Part shown: positions 10,194 through 19,849 of the stretch, one piece after another
Layout: every line of letters begins with the position of its first letter
How positions within the stretch are numbered: the stretch's first letter is position 1
Source: Promethearchaeota archaeon
GTDB lineage: Archaea; Asgardarchaeota; Lokiarchaeia; Sigyniarchaeales; SOKP01
Length of the DNA stretch: 64,000 nt
Direction: 5' to 3'
Assembly (NCBI GenBank): GCA_048940445.1
Contig: JBHLON010000002.1
Span: 118,149-182,148 of the forward strand
Translations under genes and position numbers: made by a program
Notes under the pieces: generated by a model
The model's input: the letters and a program-made list of their open reading frames with translations, nothing else
What the model was told of the DNA's origin: nothing
Database searches by the model: none

Positions 10194-11489
10194 ATGATTG
10201 AATATGATGTTATTATTGTAGGAGCAGGATGCGCTGGTCCAGCAGCTGCTAAAAAAGCAGCTGAATTAGGATTAAAGGTTTTACTTCTTGAAAAAGCGCA
10301 AATTCCTGGAGAAAAAAATGTATCTGGCACTTGTCTAAATGGAGCTGCGTTGATTATTCCTGATTTGCACTATTTAGTGGAAGGTCCTATTGAAAGAGTA
10401 ATAAGGGAAATGAGAACATATCATATCAATAAGGATCGAACAACTATTTTTCATGAAATTCCTTCGGAAGGAATCTTACTTCTTTCTATTCGCAGAGATC
10501 AATTCGATGCTTGGCATACTGAAAAAGCTAAGGAAGCAGGAGCAGATGTCAAACTCTCAACATCCGTAGTTGACATTATTGAAGAAGATGATTATGTAAA
10601 AGGTGTTATAACTGATGGTGGGGAAAAATTCTATTCTAAAGTAGTAATTGATGCAGGAGGAGTAAATTCTATTGTAGGAAGGAAAGCAGGTTTAATACCA
10701 AAAAGAAAAGGCAAAAATATGATTTTGTATACAACTCTCTGTGTCCATTTAGGCAAAAACGTTGTCGATGAACGATTCGGAGAGTGCATTGAGTATTATC
10801 TTTCACCAGGAATTCAGTATAAAGCATGGCCTTGGATTTTTCCTAAAAAGGAAACAGTAACTCTTGGAACAGGCGGATATATGGATGAAAATTTAATAAA
10901 TGATGATTTTCCAAATGTAAATAAATATATGGAAAATTTTCTGAATTTACCAGTAGTAAAGAAAAAATTACAGGGTGGAAAAATAGTAGCGTGGGGATTA
11001 CATTTAGAATATGATGATGTGCTAGAAAAAAGAGTAAAAAATGGATTAATCCTTACAGGGGAAGCGGGAGGTTTTGTCATACCTTTCTTAGGTGAAGGAA
11101 TGCCCGAAGCCTTTTTTACTGGAATTTATGCCGCTCAATCCGTGGCGAATGCTATAAAAACTAACGATTTTTCGGAAGACAATTTATCTAAAACGTATCA
11201 AGATTTAATTTCCAGTAATTTCTTTATGCAAGCTTTTCATCATATTGGTGCTGTAAATAAAGAAACAGCATTAAGTAAATCTGATGAAGAAATTACAAAA
11301 ATGATGCAAAATGTCATTATGGGTGGTGGATTTATTTCCAACGCAATACATAGTAAATGGATGAAAGGAGTTGAAGATCAAGATATGGAACTTCTCCAGG
11401 AAGCTTATGATTTGCTAGAGCTAATTCAACCTTACGCGAATGTAGATCCTGATTTTGAAAATTTATATAACGAGAGGGGTAGAAAATGA
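10194..11489 (+). CDS. FixC/geranylgeranyl reductase-family FAD oxidoreductase
   Basis: YDVIIVGAGCAG, GEKNVSG, RDQFDAW, WIFPK, GEAGGFV..GEGM. Confidence 0.88.
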   Translation: MIEYDVIIVGAGCAGPAAAKKAAELGLKVLLLEKAQIPGEKNVSGTCLNGAALIIPDLHYLVEGPIERVIREMRTYHINKDRTTIFHEIPSEGILLLSIRRDQFDAWHTEKAKEAGADVKLSTSVVDIIEEDDYVKGVITDGGEKFYSKVVIDAGGVNSIVGRKAGLIPKRKGKNMILYTTLCVHLGKNVVDERFGECIEYYLSPGIQYKAWPWIFPKKETVTLGTGGYMDENLINDDFPNVNKYMENFLNLPVVKKKLQGGKIVAWGLHLEYDDVLEKRVKNGLILTGEAGGFVIPFLGEGMPEAFFTGIYAAQSVANAIKTNDFSEDNLSKTYQDLISSNFFMQAFHHIGAVNKETALSKSDEEITKMMQNVIMGGGFISNAIHSKWMKGVEDQDMELLQEAYDLLELIQPYANVDPDFENLYNERGRK

Positions 11490-11746
11490 AAATTGAAATG
11501 AATGTTGATTATTATGCAGGAGATGCAGGAGAATTTATAAGAGTTGATGAACAAAAATGTACTGGATGTGGTGATTGTGCTAAATTTTGTACCAGAGATG
11601 TATGGGAACCAGATGGGGAAATCTATCGCCCTAAAAATCTGAAACTATGTGTTGAGTGCGGTGCATGTTGGAATGTATGTGCTGATGATGCAGTTGTATT
11701 TGAGGAACCGAAAGGAGGAACTGGAGTTCGCTTCAGTTATGGATAA
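11486..11746 (+). CDS. FixX-like 2x[4Fe-4S] ferredoxin
   Basis: CTGCGDCAKFC, CVECGACWNVC, PKGGTGVRFSYG; ATGA overlap with the upstream gene. Confidence 0.9.
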   Translation: MKIEMNVDYYAGDAGEFIRVDEQKCTGCGDCAKFCTRDVWEPDGEIYRPKNLKLCVECGACWNVCADDAVVFEEPKGGTGVRFSYG

Positions 11747-11763
11747 AATATTTGGTGATCGAA

Positions 11764-12114
11764 ATGGTAAATCGAGATGAACTGATGAAAATTTTAGATG
11801 ATCAACGAAAAAAGTATACTCACAAAGATGTAGCACGGCATTTTAAGGGCTGGAATAAAACACTCCAGTATTATTTTACTGATATTGAAGAATACTATGT
11901 GATTGAATTAGTTGATGGAATTCCTAAAGAAGTTGTGAAAAAAAAGCTGGAAAATCCTGATATTATGTATTCCATGAGCACAGAAACATTCATAGCCCTC
12001 AATAAAGGTGAAATAACTGGATTCAAATTATATCAACAGGGAAAATTGAAAATAAAGGCTACCATGGCAGAAATAATGAAATTACAAAAACTTGATAAAT
12101 TACAAATTGAATAA
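11764..12114 (+). CDS. SCP2 sterol/lipid-binding domain protein
   Basis: PDIMYSMSTETFIALNKGEITGFKLYQQGKLKIK pattern; ATG 11764 follows GGTGA (alternative TTG at 11752). Confidence 0.8.
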   Translation: MVNRDELMKILDDQRKKYTHKDVARHFKGWNKTLQYYFTDIEEYYVIELVDGIPKEVVKKKLENPDIMYSMSTETFIALNKGEITGFKLYQQGKLKIKATMAEIMKLQKLDKLQIE

Positions 12115-12313
12115 CATGAATCCTTACTAAAATTAACTCCACATTTAAATTGGATTATTAAAATCAATCTTAAAGCATAATTTCATAATAGATTGCTTTA
12201 TTTTTAGATTTTGTAATGTAATTACTTATAAATTAAAAATCAAAGATTAATTATTCAAATTAGTTATAAAAATATTAAATTCCAATAAGTTGAACTTAAA
12301 AATTTAGCCAATT

Positions 12314-12691
12314 ATGGAGCCTAAAGAATTCACAGAGGATTTAAGTAAAGTTCAAAAACTAATGTCTCAGGAAATGTACAAAGACGCTCTCATATTGCTC
12401 GAAAAACTAAAAAAGATAGAACAGCAAGGAGACTTTAATTATAATTTAACTCATAAATTATATCAATTAGATTCTAATGCTCGATCACTTTATAATCAAC
12501 AAAAGATCCTGGATTTAATTTCTGAGGTTTCTCAAAATCAAAAGTCAATACTTATTACTGATCTTAAAAAACAATTGAAAGAAAAAGAAGAAATTGATTT
12601 AGACGAGCCCAATTTAAGGAGAGAAATAGAAATCCTTATTTTACGTGAGCTTTTATTTTGCAAAATTGAGGGAGATAGATTAACCTTTTAA
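12314..12691 (+). CDS. Small helical + winged-helix (PCI-like) protein
   Basis: SILITDLKKQL...LRREIEILILRELLFCKIEGDRL resembles a PCI/wH C-terminus. Confidence 0.6.
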   Translation: MEPKEFTEDLSKVQKLMSQEMYKDALILLEKLKKIEQQGDFNYNLTHKLYQLDSNARSLYNQQKILDLISEVSQNQKSILITDLKKQLKEKEEIDLDEPNLRREIEILILRELLFCKIEGDRLTF

Positions 12692-12769
12692 TAATTTAGT
12701 TATGAACAAATTCTAGGGTTTTATAAATTTCTATGTAGAATTACTATAAAACAAAATTATCATCTCAAA

Positions 12770-13375
12770 ATGATAATAAATTCATTAGAGCGGACTATAC
12801 AGCTTAAAATCTGCTATTATGGTCCTGCGATGTCCGGGAAAACAACTACACTTAAGTCTTTGTTTAATCATTTTGGAAAAAAGAAGTTAGTCCAGAGCAT
12901 AGAAACTTCACACGATAAGGCAAAAAGAAGAACTTTATTTTTTGATTACGGAACAATAATCTTTCAAAACCAAGAATGGACATTAAAGTTACATATTTAC
13001 TCAACTACAGGCCAAGATTTTTATATTGTGACTAGACCTATTACATTACGGGGTATCGATGCCTTCATTTTTGTGGCAGATTCTCAAAGAACTGTATATG
13101 ATCGAAATTTGTTATCTTGGAATGAGTTATCTACATATTTTGGAGAACAAATTAATTCTATTCCTAAAGTTATTGCATTTAATAAACAAGATTTACCCGA
13201 AAAATTCAATTCCAATATATTTTTACATCAGATTGATTATTATAAATTTTCAAATATTGATGTTAAAAAAACGATTGCGATCAATGGTGAAGGTGTTTTG
13301 GACTCTTTTGAGGAACTTATAAGTTTAATCTTTAAAAATATGTATAAAAGTCAACTCGTATCAGTATTTCAATAA
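12770..13375 (+). CDS. mglA: MglA-family small GTPase
   Basis: KICYYGPAMSGKTT, RTLFFDY, TTGQDFY, FVADSQ, NKQD. Confidence 0.88.
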   Translation: MIINSLERTIQLKICYYGPAMSGKTTTLKSLFNHFGKKKLVQSIETSHDKAKRRTLFFDYGTIIFQNQEWTLKLHIYSTTGQDFYIVTRPITLRGIDAFIFVADSQRTVYDRNLLSWNELSTYFGEQINSIPKVIAFNKQDLPEKFNSNIFLHQIDYYKFSNIDVKKTIAINGEGVLDSFEELISLIFKNMYKSQLVSVFQ

Positions 13376-13429
13376 TTTTTGTTCATTTTTATTTTTTGTA
13401 AAAACATGAAGAATTAGAATATTTTTTAT

Positions 13430-14242
13430 TTAAATTCTTAAAGTTTCTGGATTAACCGTCTCAGTTTTTCCAAAAGTTGGTATAATCCACATATACATTA
13501 CATATTCTAATTTTTTATAGAAAGGTCTGGCAAAGTTGCTATGTCCAAGATTTCCAGGGAAAAAAACCCCATCACCGTTAGTTAAATCCTTACAAACTGT
13601 ATCCCCTTCTCGACTAATTAAGTATTGAGTGATCCCGTATTTTATGTGATCAATACACATAATATATATTTCTGGATGTTCCGGATGGATATGTGGGTAA
13701 ACCTTAACATCATTATCTTCATCCTGCTCAAGATTGACACTAGTTATGACTCCGCGTCTAAGTGATTTATTAGGAATATTTGTAAACCCAGACATAAAAA
13801 AAGAATTTCGAAACGCAGTCCATACAGTTCTATATGTTGTAATATTTCCTTTAGAACCAAACTCTCCTCTTGCTACAAATTCTTCTGGACTAAATGATTT
13901 AATTTCTAAATTGAAGTTAGTATTTTGGTCAGTTTTATATCTATATAAGCATAATTTACATTTTTCAGAGATTTTAGAATTAGTTTTCATAAGAATATTA
14001 ATTTCTGGTGGTAATAGAAAAAAATCGAATTGCTTTAAGCTATAAGTTTTATTTTTAGATACCAAACTAATGTTTCCAGATAACAAGCATCCATTAAGAA
14101 CTTCCTGAGGACTTGTAATAATGGTGGCATCCTTCTTCAGATAAAAATATTCTATTAAAGAATCATCTAAATTTCTTTCAATGATACTTTCTTTAGGATC
14201 TTCAAAAAAATATGAAAGCATTTCTGTTTTAGATATTAGCAT
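13430..14242 (-). CDS. Cupin protein, KduI/IolB-like isomerase
   Basis: YPHIHPEHPEIY metal motif and downstream GHS, MYMW. Confidence 0.55.
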   Translation of the reverse strand: MLISKTEMLSYFFEDPKESIIERNLDDSLIEYFYLKKDATIITSPQEVLNGCLLSGNISLVSKNKTYSLKQFDFFLLPPEINILMKTNSKISEKCKLCLYRYKTDQNTNFNLEIKSFSPEEFVARGEFGSKGNITTYRTVWTAFRNSFFMSGFTNIPNKSLRRGVITSVNLEQDEDNDVKVYPHIHPEHPEIYIMCIDHIKYGITQYLISREGDTVCKDLTNGDGVFFPGNLGHSNFARPFYKKLEYVMYMWIIPTFGKTETVNPETLRI

Positions 14243-14269
14243 AATTTTGTAGTATTAATTCCTTAATGA

Positions 14270-15478
14270 TTAAAAAAAGCCAGAAGACACATGAGATTGT
14301 AATCGTATTATTTTTTGGCTATTATCTTCTAATATAGTGATAAGAGCTGAAATATCTTGTTTTGATTCAAAAATTACCTCTTTTTCTTCATTAGGCTTCC
14401 AAGTATTAAAACCCGTTAAAGTAGGAGCTGTTTCAAAAAGACCTTCTTGCAATCCCGAGACTTTCACAGTAACACCTTTAAGATTATCCTTTGATATATT
14501 CTTGATTCTTATTTTATATTTTTCTAGATCAGAGTCTATTGATGTTACCTTATAAGTTTTCTGAAACTTAGAAGAAATTCCATCAAATAAAGAAGGAGCA
14601 GCGGACGGGGTTCCAGAGAATAAATCTGCTTCTTTCTTATCTTCTCTAGTTGATTTTGAAACAATAGTAATTGGTAGTTCAAAACTTATTGGTTCACGTC
14701 CATGTTCAGATTTCATCTTTCCAATAATCAATAATGAATATTGAGTATAATCTCCAAATTTAAATCCCCAAAATTCTTTTTCAGTTGGTTCCCACAAATA
14801 GTTATGAGAAGGTTCTGCAACTTCTGGAACTTTTAATAGTAAAAAACCCTTTTCAACATTAGAAGTTTTAGCATCCCCTGCAATAGCGGGAGGTAATTCT
14901 TCTACCTTTCTACAAGTTTGGCCATACGCATCACAATAACAAATTAGATTAGATTTTTGTAAAAGTCTTATCTCAATGTGTTTCAATAGTTCAGATGTAA
15001 AACTTACTTTAATTGTTTCACCTGGTTTAAACACATCTTTAGTTAGAAGAACGTTAAGACCAGAAATTGAAAACGAGATTGGGTTAGGTTGTTTTTTCTG
15101 AGTAACAGAGTTTCGTGATTTTATTTCCACTTTTTGAGTTTTATTAACGACTAAATCATTATCAGGATCTGTGGGATGTGGCTGCCTCATTATTAATTTG
15201 AGCTCATATTCTAAATTACGATTCTTGATTGTTGGTACTACATTAGTTTTTATTAATAAAGAACGCTCTCTAGTGTATTTTCCAGCCTCAAAGTGCCCCT
15301 TTGAGAAGATTTCCTCCGTTGAAATCTGTAATTCTTTTAAACATGGTGGTTGTGTAATTAATTTAATTCCAGCCCAGAGAATTGAAGTGTCTTCTTCAAA
15401 TTTGAAATTAGTTCTTACGTTTAGTTTATCTCCAATAAAAACAGAACCGTTGTTTAAATCTTGGAGCTCTAATTTCAT
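14270..15478 (-). CDS. Arrestin/Vps26-fold protein with an extra C-terminal beta domain
   Basis: Arrestin-N-like FEAGKY...VPTIK...LEYELKLIMRQP; arrestin-C-like LTKDVFKPGETIKV...IEIRLLQ...FELPITI. Confidence 0.65.
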   Translation of the reverse strand: MKLELQDLNNGSVFIGDKLNVRTNFKFEEDTSILWAGIKLITQPPCLKELQISTEEIFSKGHFEAGKYTRERSLLIKTNVVPTIKNRNLEYELKLIMRQPHPTDPDNDLVVNKTQKVEIKSRNSVTQKKQPNPISFSISGLNVLLTKDVFKPGETIKVSFTSELLKHIEIRLLQKSNLICYCDAYGQTCRKVEELPPAIAGDAKTSNVEKGFLLLKVPEVAEPSHNYLWEPTEKEFWGFKFGDYTQYSLLIIGKMKSEHGREPISFELPITIVSKSTREDKKEADLFSGTPSAAPSLFDGISSKFQKTYKVTSIDSDLEKYKIRIKNISKDNLKGVTVKVSGLQEGLFETAPTLTGFNTWKPNEEKEVIFESKQDISALITILEDNSQKIIRLQSHVSSGFF

Positions 15479-15656
15479 AATTTTAATTAGCTAATTAGAT
15501 TTTATGAAATTTACTATATTATAATCAATAGTTGAATTTTATTAATATATATTATTAATTGCTAAAAATAATAGATATTCTGCTTTTATTATTTATTTCC
15601 TGTCTCATTTTTAGAAAGATAAATAGTGAATAGAGTACTTTATCACTTAATAAAAA

Positions 15657-16385
15657 ATGATTAGAATACAAGCTAGAATTAAAGTGAAACAGCTCTCAAA
15701 TAAAGCAATATTATTCGATTTAGATGGAACTTTGATAGATGTAAACCTAAAAAAATTTATTCCAAGTTACTTAAAGCTCTTAGCAGAAAGTATTTCCCAT
15801 TTAATTCCTCCAAATAAAGTTATTACTAAAATTCTTAAAGTTTCAGAAGAAATTAATAACAATAACGGGAAAGTTACTAACCAAGAAATATTTTTTGAGA
15901 AATTTTTTCCAATAGATGGTTTTGATAAAGACAAGATACAACCATTATTTGATGATTTTTATAAAACCAAATTTTCAGAATTGCGCCAATATACACGTAA
16001 GAAGCCCGAAGCACGATTCCTAATGAAAGCAGCATTTGCTAAGGGATATAAAGTAGTTATTGCGACAACACCTGTTCTTCCATTGTCAGCTATTCAACAG
16101 AGACTTGATTGGGCTGAAGTTGGAGATTTTGAATATGATTTGATTACTACAATAGAAAACTCTCGAGCAAATAAGCCAAATCCAGTTTACTATAAGCAAA
16201 TTGTGGATTATTTAGGAATTTCTCCTGAAGATTGCTTGATGGTTGGTGATGAAGATAAAGATATGGTTGCTAAAACTATTGGATGTCAAACTTTCCTAGT
16301 TTATAGTGTTAATACAGATGTAAATTTAAAAACTCCAAAACCTAATTATACTGGAACTTTAAAAGATTTAATTAAAATCCTTTAA
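15657..16385 (+). CDS. HAD-superfamily hydrolase
   Basis: ILFDLDGTL, KPNP, MVGDEDKD. Confidence 0.92.
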   Translation: MIRIQARIKVKQLSNKAILFDLDGTLIDVNLKKFIPSYLKLLAESISHLIPPNKVITKILKVSEEINNNNGKVTNQEIFFEKFFPIDGFDKDKIQPLFDDFYKTKFSELRQYTRKKPEARFLMKAAFAKGYKVVIATTPVLPLSAIQQRLDWAEVGDFEYDLITTIENSRANKPNPVYYKQIVDYLGISPEDCLMVGDEDKDMVAKTIGCQTFLVYSVNTDVNLKTPKPNYTGTLKDLIKIL

Positions 16386-16427
16386 GTTTTTCATAAATTA
16401 ATTTTATCTTATTAAAAAAAGAGATAA

Positions 16428-16583
16428 TTATTTAGAATAACTTGCATTTCCTAATTTTTTAATATTTTCTTTATTAGAAGAATCGAAGAGATGTTCATCA
16501 TTATTTTCAAGCTTAGATTTTACGCAATCTTCACAATATTTTAACCAAATTTCAGAATCTTTTTCAGATTTGCGATTACTCAT
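16428..16583 (-). CDS. Possible 51-aa small protein with CxxC (MSNRKSEKDSEIWLKYCEDC...)
   Basis: ATG-to-TAA ORF below the track cutoff, sits in an otherwise empty gap. Confidence 0.4.
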   Translation of the reverse strand: MSNRKSEKDSEIWLKYCEDCVKSKLENNDEHLFDSSNKENIKKLGNASYSK

Positions 16584-16822
16584 GATATTTACCGTAATCA
16601 AGATAATTAGTAAATCTCATTCTTCTAACATTGTTTTTTAGTTAAAAAGTTTTTTAAAATGATATAATATCCATGAATATGTGACAAAAATTTTCAAAAA
16701 GAAATAGATTTAAATAGATTTAATAGTAATATTACTGAAATCGGAAGATTGAAGAGAATTTTTATTGAGAAATTAAGGAGGGAGAGAGAGAGGTTATAAA
16801 AAGTAAAAATAGTTTTTCTATT

Positions 16823-17407
16823 CTAAAATTTCCAAGTTACCATGTCATCATCATATTCTTCAAACTTAAGCCCCTTAATAAAAGAATAGGAAATTGGATT
16901 CTTCTTATATACTTTACATCTCAGTTCCTTAACTCCTCGTTCTTTGAAATATTGCCAAGCTGTCAAAGCGATTAATGTACCTAATCCTTTATGTTGCAAT
17001 TCAGGAATAACTCCTAATCCTGCGATGACACCGAATTCATTGTTTTCTCCAGAAAAATATATAAGAGCAAATCCACTCTCAATAGATTCTAGATAAGCTA
17101 TTAAAAATATAATATCGGGATCCTCCATCATCTCAATTAAATTTTGTTCATTTAGGGTATGATAAGGCATTGGAGTAGAATACCATGCTTGTTTATATAG
17201 CTTTACAATACTTTTGATATCTTCTTTGTTAGCCTCTTTAACTTCGTAGTTTGCATTATCCTGATTTGCTCTTTGTCTTAAATTTTTCTCAAAATCCTCT
17301 GTAATTGCATCGACAAGAAGTCTCATCTGAATATAATCAGATTCACTTTTCAAACTATCTTCCACATTAGAAGCGATTCTATTAATGAAGTTTCTAAACC
17401 ATTCCAT
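16823..17407 (-). CDS. GNAT N-acetyltransferase
   Basis: LGVIPELQHKGLG motif A; N..S..F...L.F motif B. Confidence 0.9.
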   Translation of the reverse strand: MEWFRNFINRIASNVEDSLKSESDYIQMRLLVDAITEDFEKNLRQRANQDNANYEVKEANKEDIKSIVKLYKQAWYSTPMPYHTLNEQNLIEMMEDPDIIFLIAYLESIESGFALIYFSGENNEFGVIAGLGVIPELQHKGLGTLIALTAWQYFKERGVKELRCKVYKKNPISYSFIKGLKFEEYDDDMVTWKF

Positions 17408-17456
17408 AATCAGATTACAATCTACAATTCGAAAAATTAATATGATATAATATTAA

Positions 17457-17493
17457 AATTTGAATGACTCATAAATTCATTCAAATTGAATGA
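17457..17493. promoter_or_regulatory. Triple half-site array (TTGAATGA / TCATTCAA / TTGAATGA) upstream of the GNAT gene
   Basis: 11-bp inverted repeat AATTTGAATGA-N9-TCATTCAAATT overlapping palindrome TCATTCAA-A-TTGAATGA. Confidence 0.45.
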
Positions 17494-17950
17494 TTATGTT
17501 TATATATGACTTTTCAATATAAATTTTTTCTTTGTATTTTCTAAATATATCACATTCCTTATATTGCAAACGATATATAAGAAGGAAATATAATCATCAG
17601 ACTCCCCTAAGTATTCAAATTTTTTTATTCTATGCAAGGACCGAAGATTAAAGAAAAGAACTACTAGACTTCATTATTAATTTATTCAAAGAAATTTTAA
17701 GAATGCGTGGGGGCTCTGGAGGATCCAGTGTTGCGGATAAAGCACTATTTAGAAGGTGTGATGCTGTAACAATGTAAGAGATATTATCTCAATACTAATT
17801 GAATAAATTATCCCCAATTAAAAAATAATGTTACTAGTTTTATCAGAGACGGACGCTTTATTCAAGAATCTAAACCATCAGGGATTATACAAGAAGTAAT
17901 TAGACCTAATGAAAGAATTTATAATATATAAAAAAGAAAAAAATTAATAA

Positions 17951-18781
17951 TTATTTTTCATACAAAGCTGAACCACACGTTCCACAATATCTCCCCCCTT
18001 TTTCAAGCTCTGCTCCGCAATGTGGACAAAAATTCATAGATGGTGTTGTTTCTGGAGTTGAGCTATATGGAGTTGTATAGGAAGGGGGTGGAACAGGTTT
18101 GGGTGGTTTTGGAGCCTCAGGTATTACGGGAGGAACAGGCTGCTTTTTAAATGTTGGAGCCCTTTCAGCGAGAGTAGATAATTTGAAATATCCAACTATA
18201 TACATAATGTAACCTATTATGATGGGAACTAGTAAAAATCCGAGAGCCCATAATAAAGCAGCTGAACTTAAAGTGCTTACTCCTTCATTAACACGAAGAT
18301 AAGCTCCTGGAGGAAATTCATCTTTACTCATATAGAAATAACTTTTAAGATTCTCCCATCCACCTTTTTCAATAGCACATCCGATAATCATAAGAATAAA
18401 TCCGGGAACCAAACTAGTTAGAATTACTGGAGTAACAACAAGGGAAAAAGGAAATGGAATGATGTAATAAGAGTAATAATAAGAAGGTCCCATGAAGTAA
18501 CGATAAGCCATAATTGCACCTGCGATATTAACGAAAATGAGTCCTATAAATTTAATTATCGCTGCTGCTAGATATTTTGAGCTAAAACTGCTTAGATATG
18601 GGTCTCTTTGTTGTTGGTTTATCTTTTTGATATGACTAATTGCACTACATATGAAAATTAAAAGAATGATATTAGCAATAAAGGCAAAATATGGTATGAT
18701 AATAAAGATACTGAAAATGGCTACAATTCGAATATTCTTCCCGAAGTTATACCAATTCGATGGTAAATCATTATATGACAT
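17951..18781 (-). CDS. Multi-TM membrane protein (DUF973/DUF996-like) with Pro-rich linker and C-terminal zinc ribbon
   Basis: Hydrophobic helices, FCPHCG...YCGTCG. Confidence 0.8.
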   Translation of the reverse strand: MSYNDLPSNWYNFGKNIRIVAIFSIFIIIPYFAFIANIILLIFICSAISHIKKINQQQRDPYLSSFSSKYLAAAIIKFIGLIFVNIAGAIMAYRYFMGPSYYYSYYIIPFPFSLVVTPVILTSLVPGFILMIIGCAIEKGGWENLKSYFYMSKDEFPPGAYLRVNEGVSTLSSAALLWALGFLLVPIIIGYIMYIVGYFKLSTLAERAPTFKKQPVPPVIPEAPKPPKPVPPPSYTTPYSSTPETTPSMNFCPHCGAELEKGGRYCGTCGSALYEK

Positions 18782-18909
18782 TTATTTAAACCTACTAAAT
18801 TATATATGCCTTTATGGATAATTACACTAAAATAATTTATATATTTTTAGTAGACCAATTTTTTAATTCATCCTTTTTGAAAATATACAATTGAAAATTA
18901 GAAAAAAAA

Positions 18910-19734
18910 TTAGTTCTTTTTTAATGAAGAACCACAAGCTCCACAAAATCTCGCATCTACTTGAACTTCCTCTCCACAAATAGGGCAGAATTTAGCTGAA
19001 TTTATCGGAATCTTTTCTGATATGCTTTCAGATGTTAATTGTTGTTCAGTTTCGGGTTTAGGAGGAATTTTCACTTTTAAGACGTCTTTAGATTGATGAA
19101 TTTCTGCTAGACGATAAAATGATGCTAATTTAAAGTATCCTACTGCCTGAAAAATAAGACCAATAAAGACAGTGATAACAAGAAATGCCAAAGCTAACAA
19201 GAGAGCGCCAGTACGAGACTTCTCTGCACCTTCTATTAATTCTCCATAGACGGATTGAGGTACTAAATTAGAGTTTTGTTGTAAAAAAGATACGAAAATG
19301 TTCCAAGCACTCATTTCAGTTGAAGAACCTACAATTATAAGAATATAACCAATAACTATAGCAATTACAGCTCCAATTATAAAACCTGTTGAAGGTGTAA
19401 AATACAACCAAGGAATTCCACCAAATAATCTATTTCGAATAAAGATAATGATTGGAATCATTAAGCTACTAATTGTGCAAATGATCATTCCAATTACTCT
19501 AACTAAGATTCCACTAAGTAATTTTCCTCGAAACTCATCAAGAATAGGATTCTTTAGGCTCTTATTGATATCTCTAAGATCTGCTGATATTAAAATTATA
19601 ACTATGAATGTAATTACCATACCTAAAATAGAGATATAAGGAAAAATGCTAAGAATAGCAGCAATGCCTAAGATTCGCATATACCTACCAAAATCATAAA
19701 ATATACTTATATTCTTCTCTGCTGACATACTCAT
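18910..19734 (-). CDS. Multi-TM membrane protein with C-terminal zinc ribbon, paralog of 17951-18781
   Basis: Shared FG..RI, VGYFKL; FCPICG...FCGACG. Confidence 0.8.
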   Translation of the reverse strand: MSMSAEKNISIFYDFGRYMRILGIAAILSIFPYISILGMVITFIVIILISADLRDINKSLKNPILDEFRGKLLSGILVRVIGMIICTISSLMIPIIIFIRNRLFGGIPWLYFTPSTGFIIGAVIAIVIGYILIIVGSSTEMSAWNIFVSFLQQNSNLVPQSVYGELIEGAEKSRTGALLLALAFLVITVFIGLIFQAVGYFKLASFYRLAEIHQSKDVLKVKIPPKPETEQQLTSESISEKIPINSAKFCPICGEEVQVDARFCGACGSSLKKN

Positions 19735-19849
19735 TCACTTATAAATATTATTAAAGTTTAGCTAGAAATGGAATCTAATATATAAATAATTTTAGTAGGC
19801 TGATTTTTGATATATCTTCAAATAATACAAACCAGAGATACAGTAATTA

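Noticed and set aside
17461-17517. Second SECIS-like pattern (AAUGAC...UGAC)
   Set aside because: The helix next to the GA pairs is mismatched and no TGA-containing + strand gene lies upstream. It is better explained by the inverted-repeat array.
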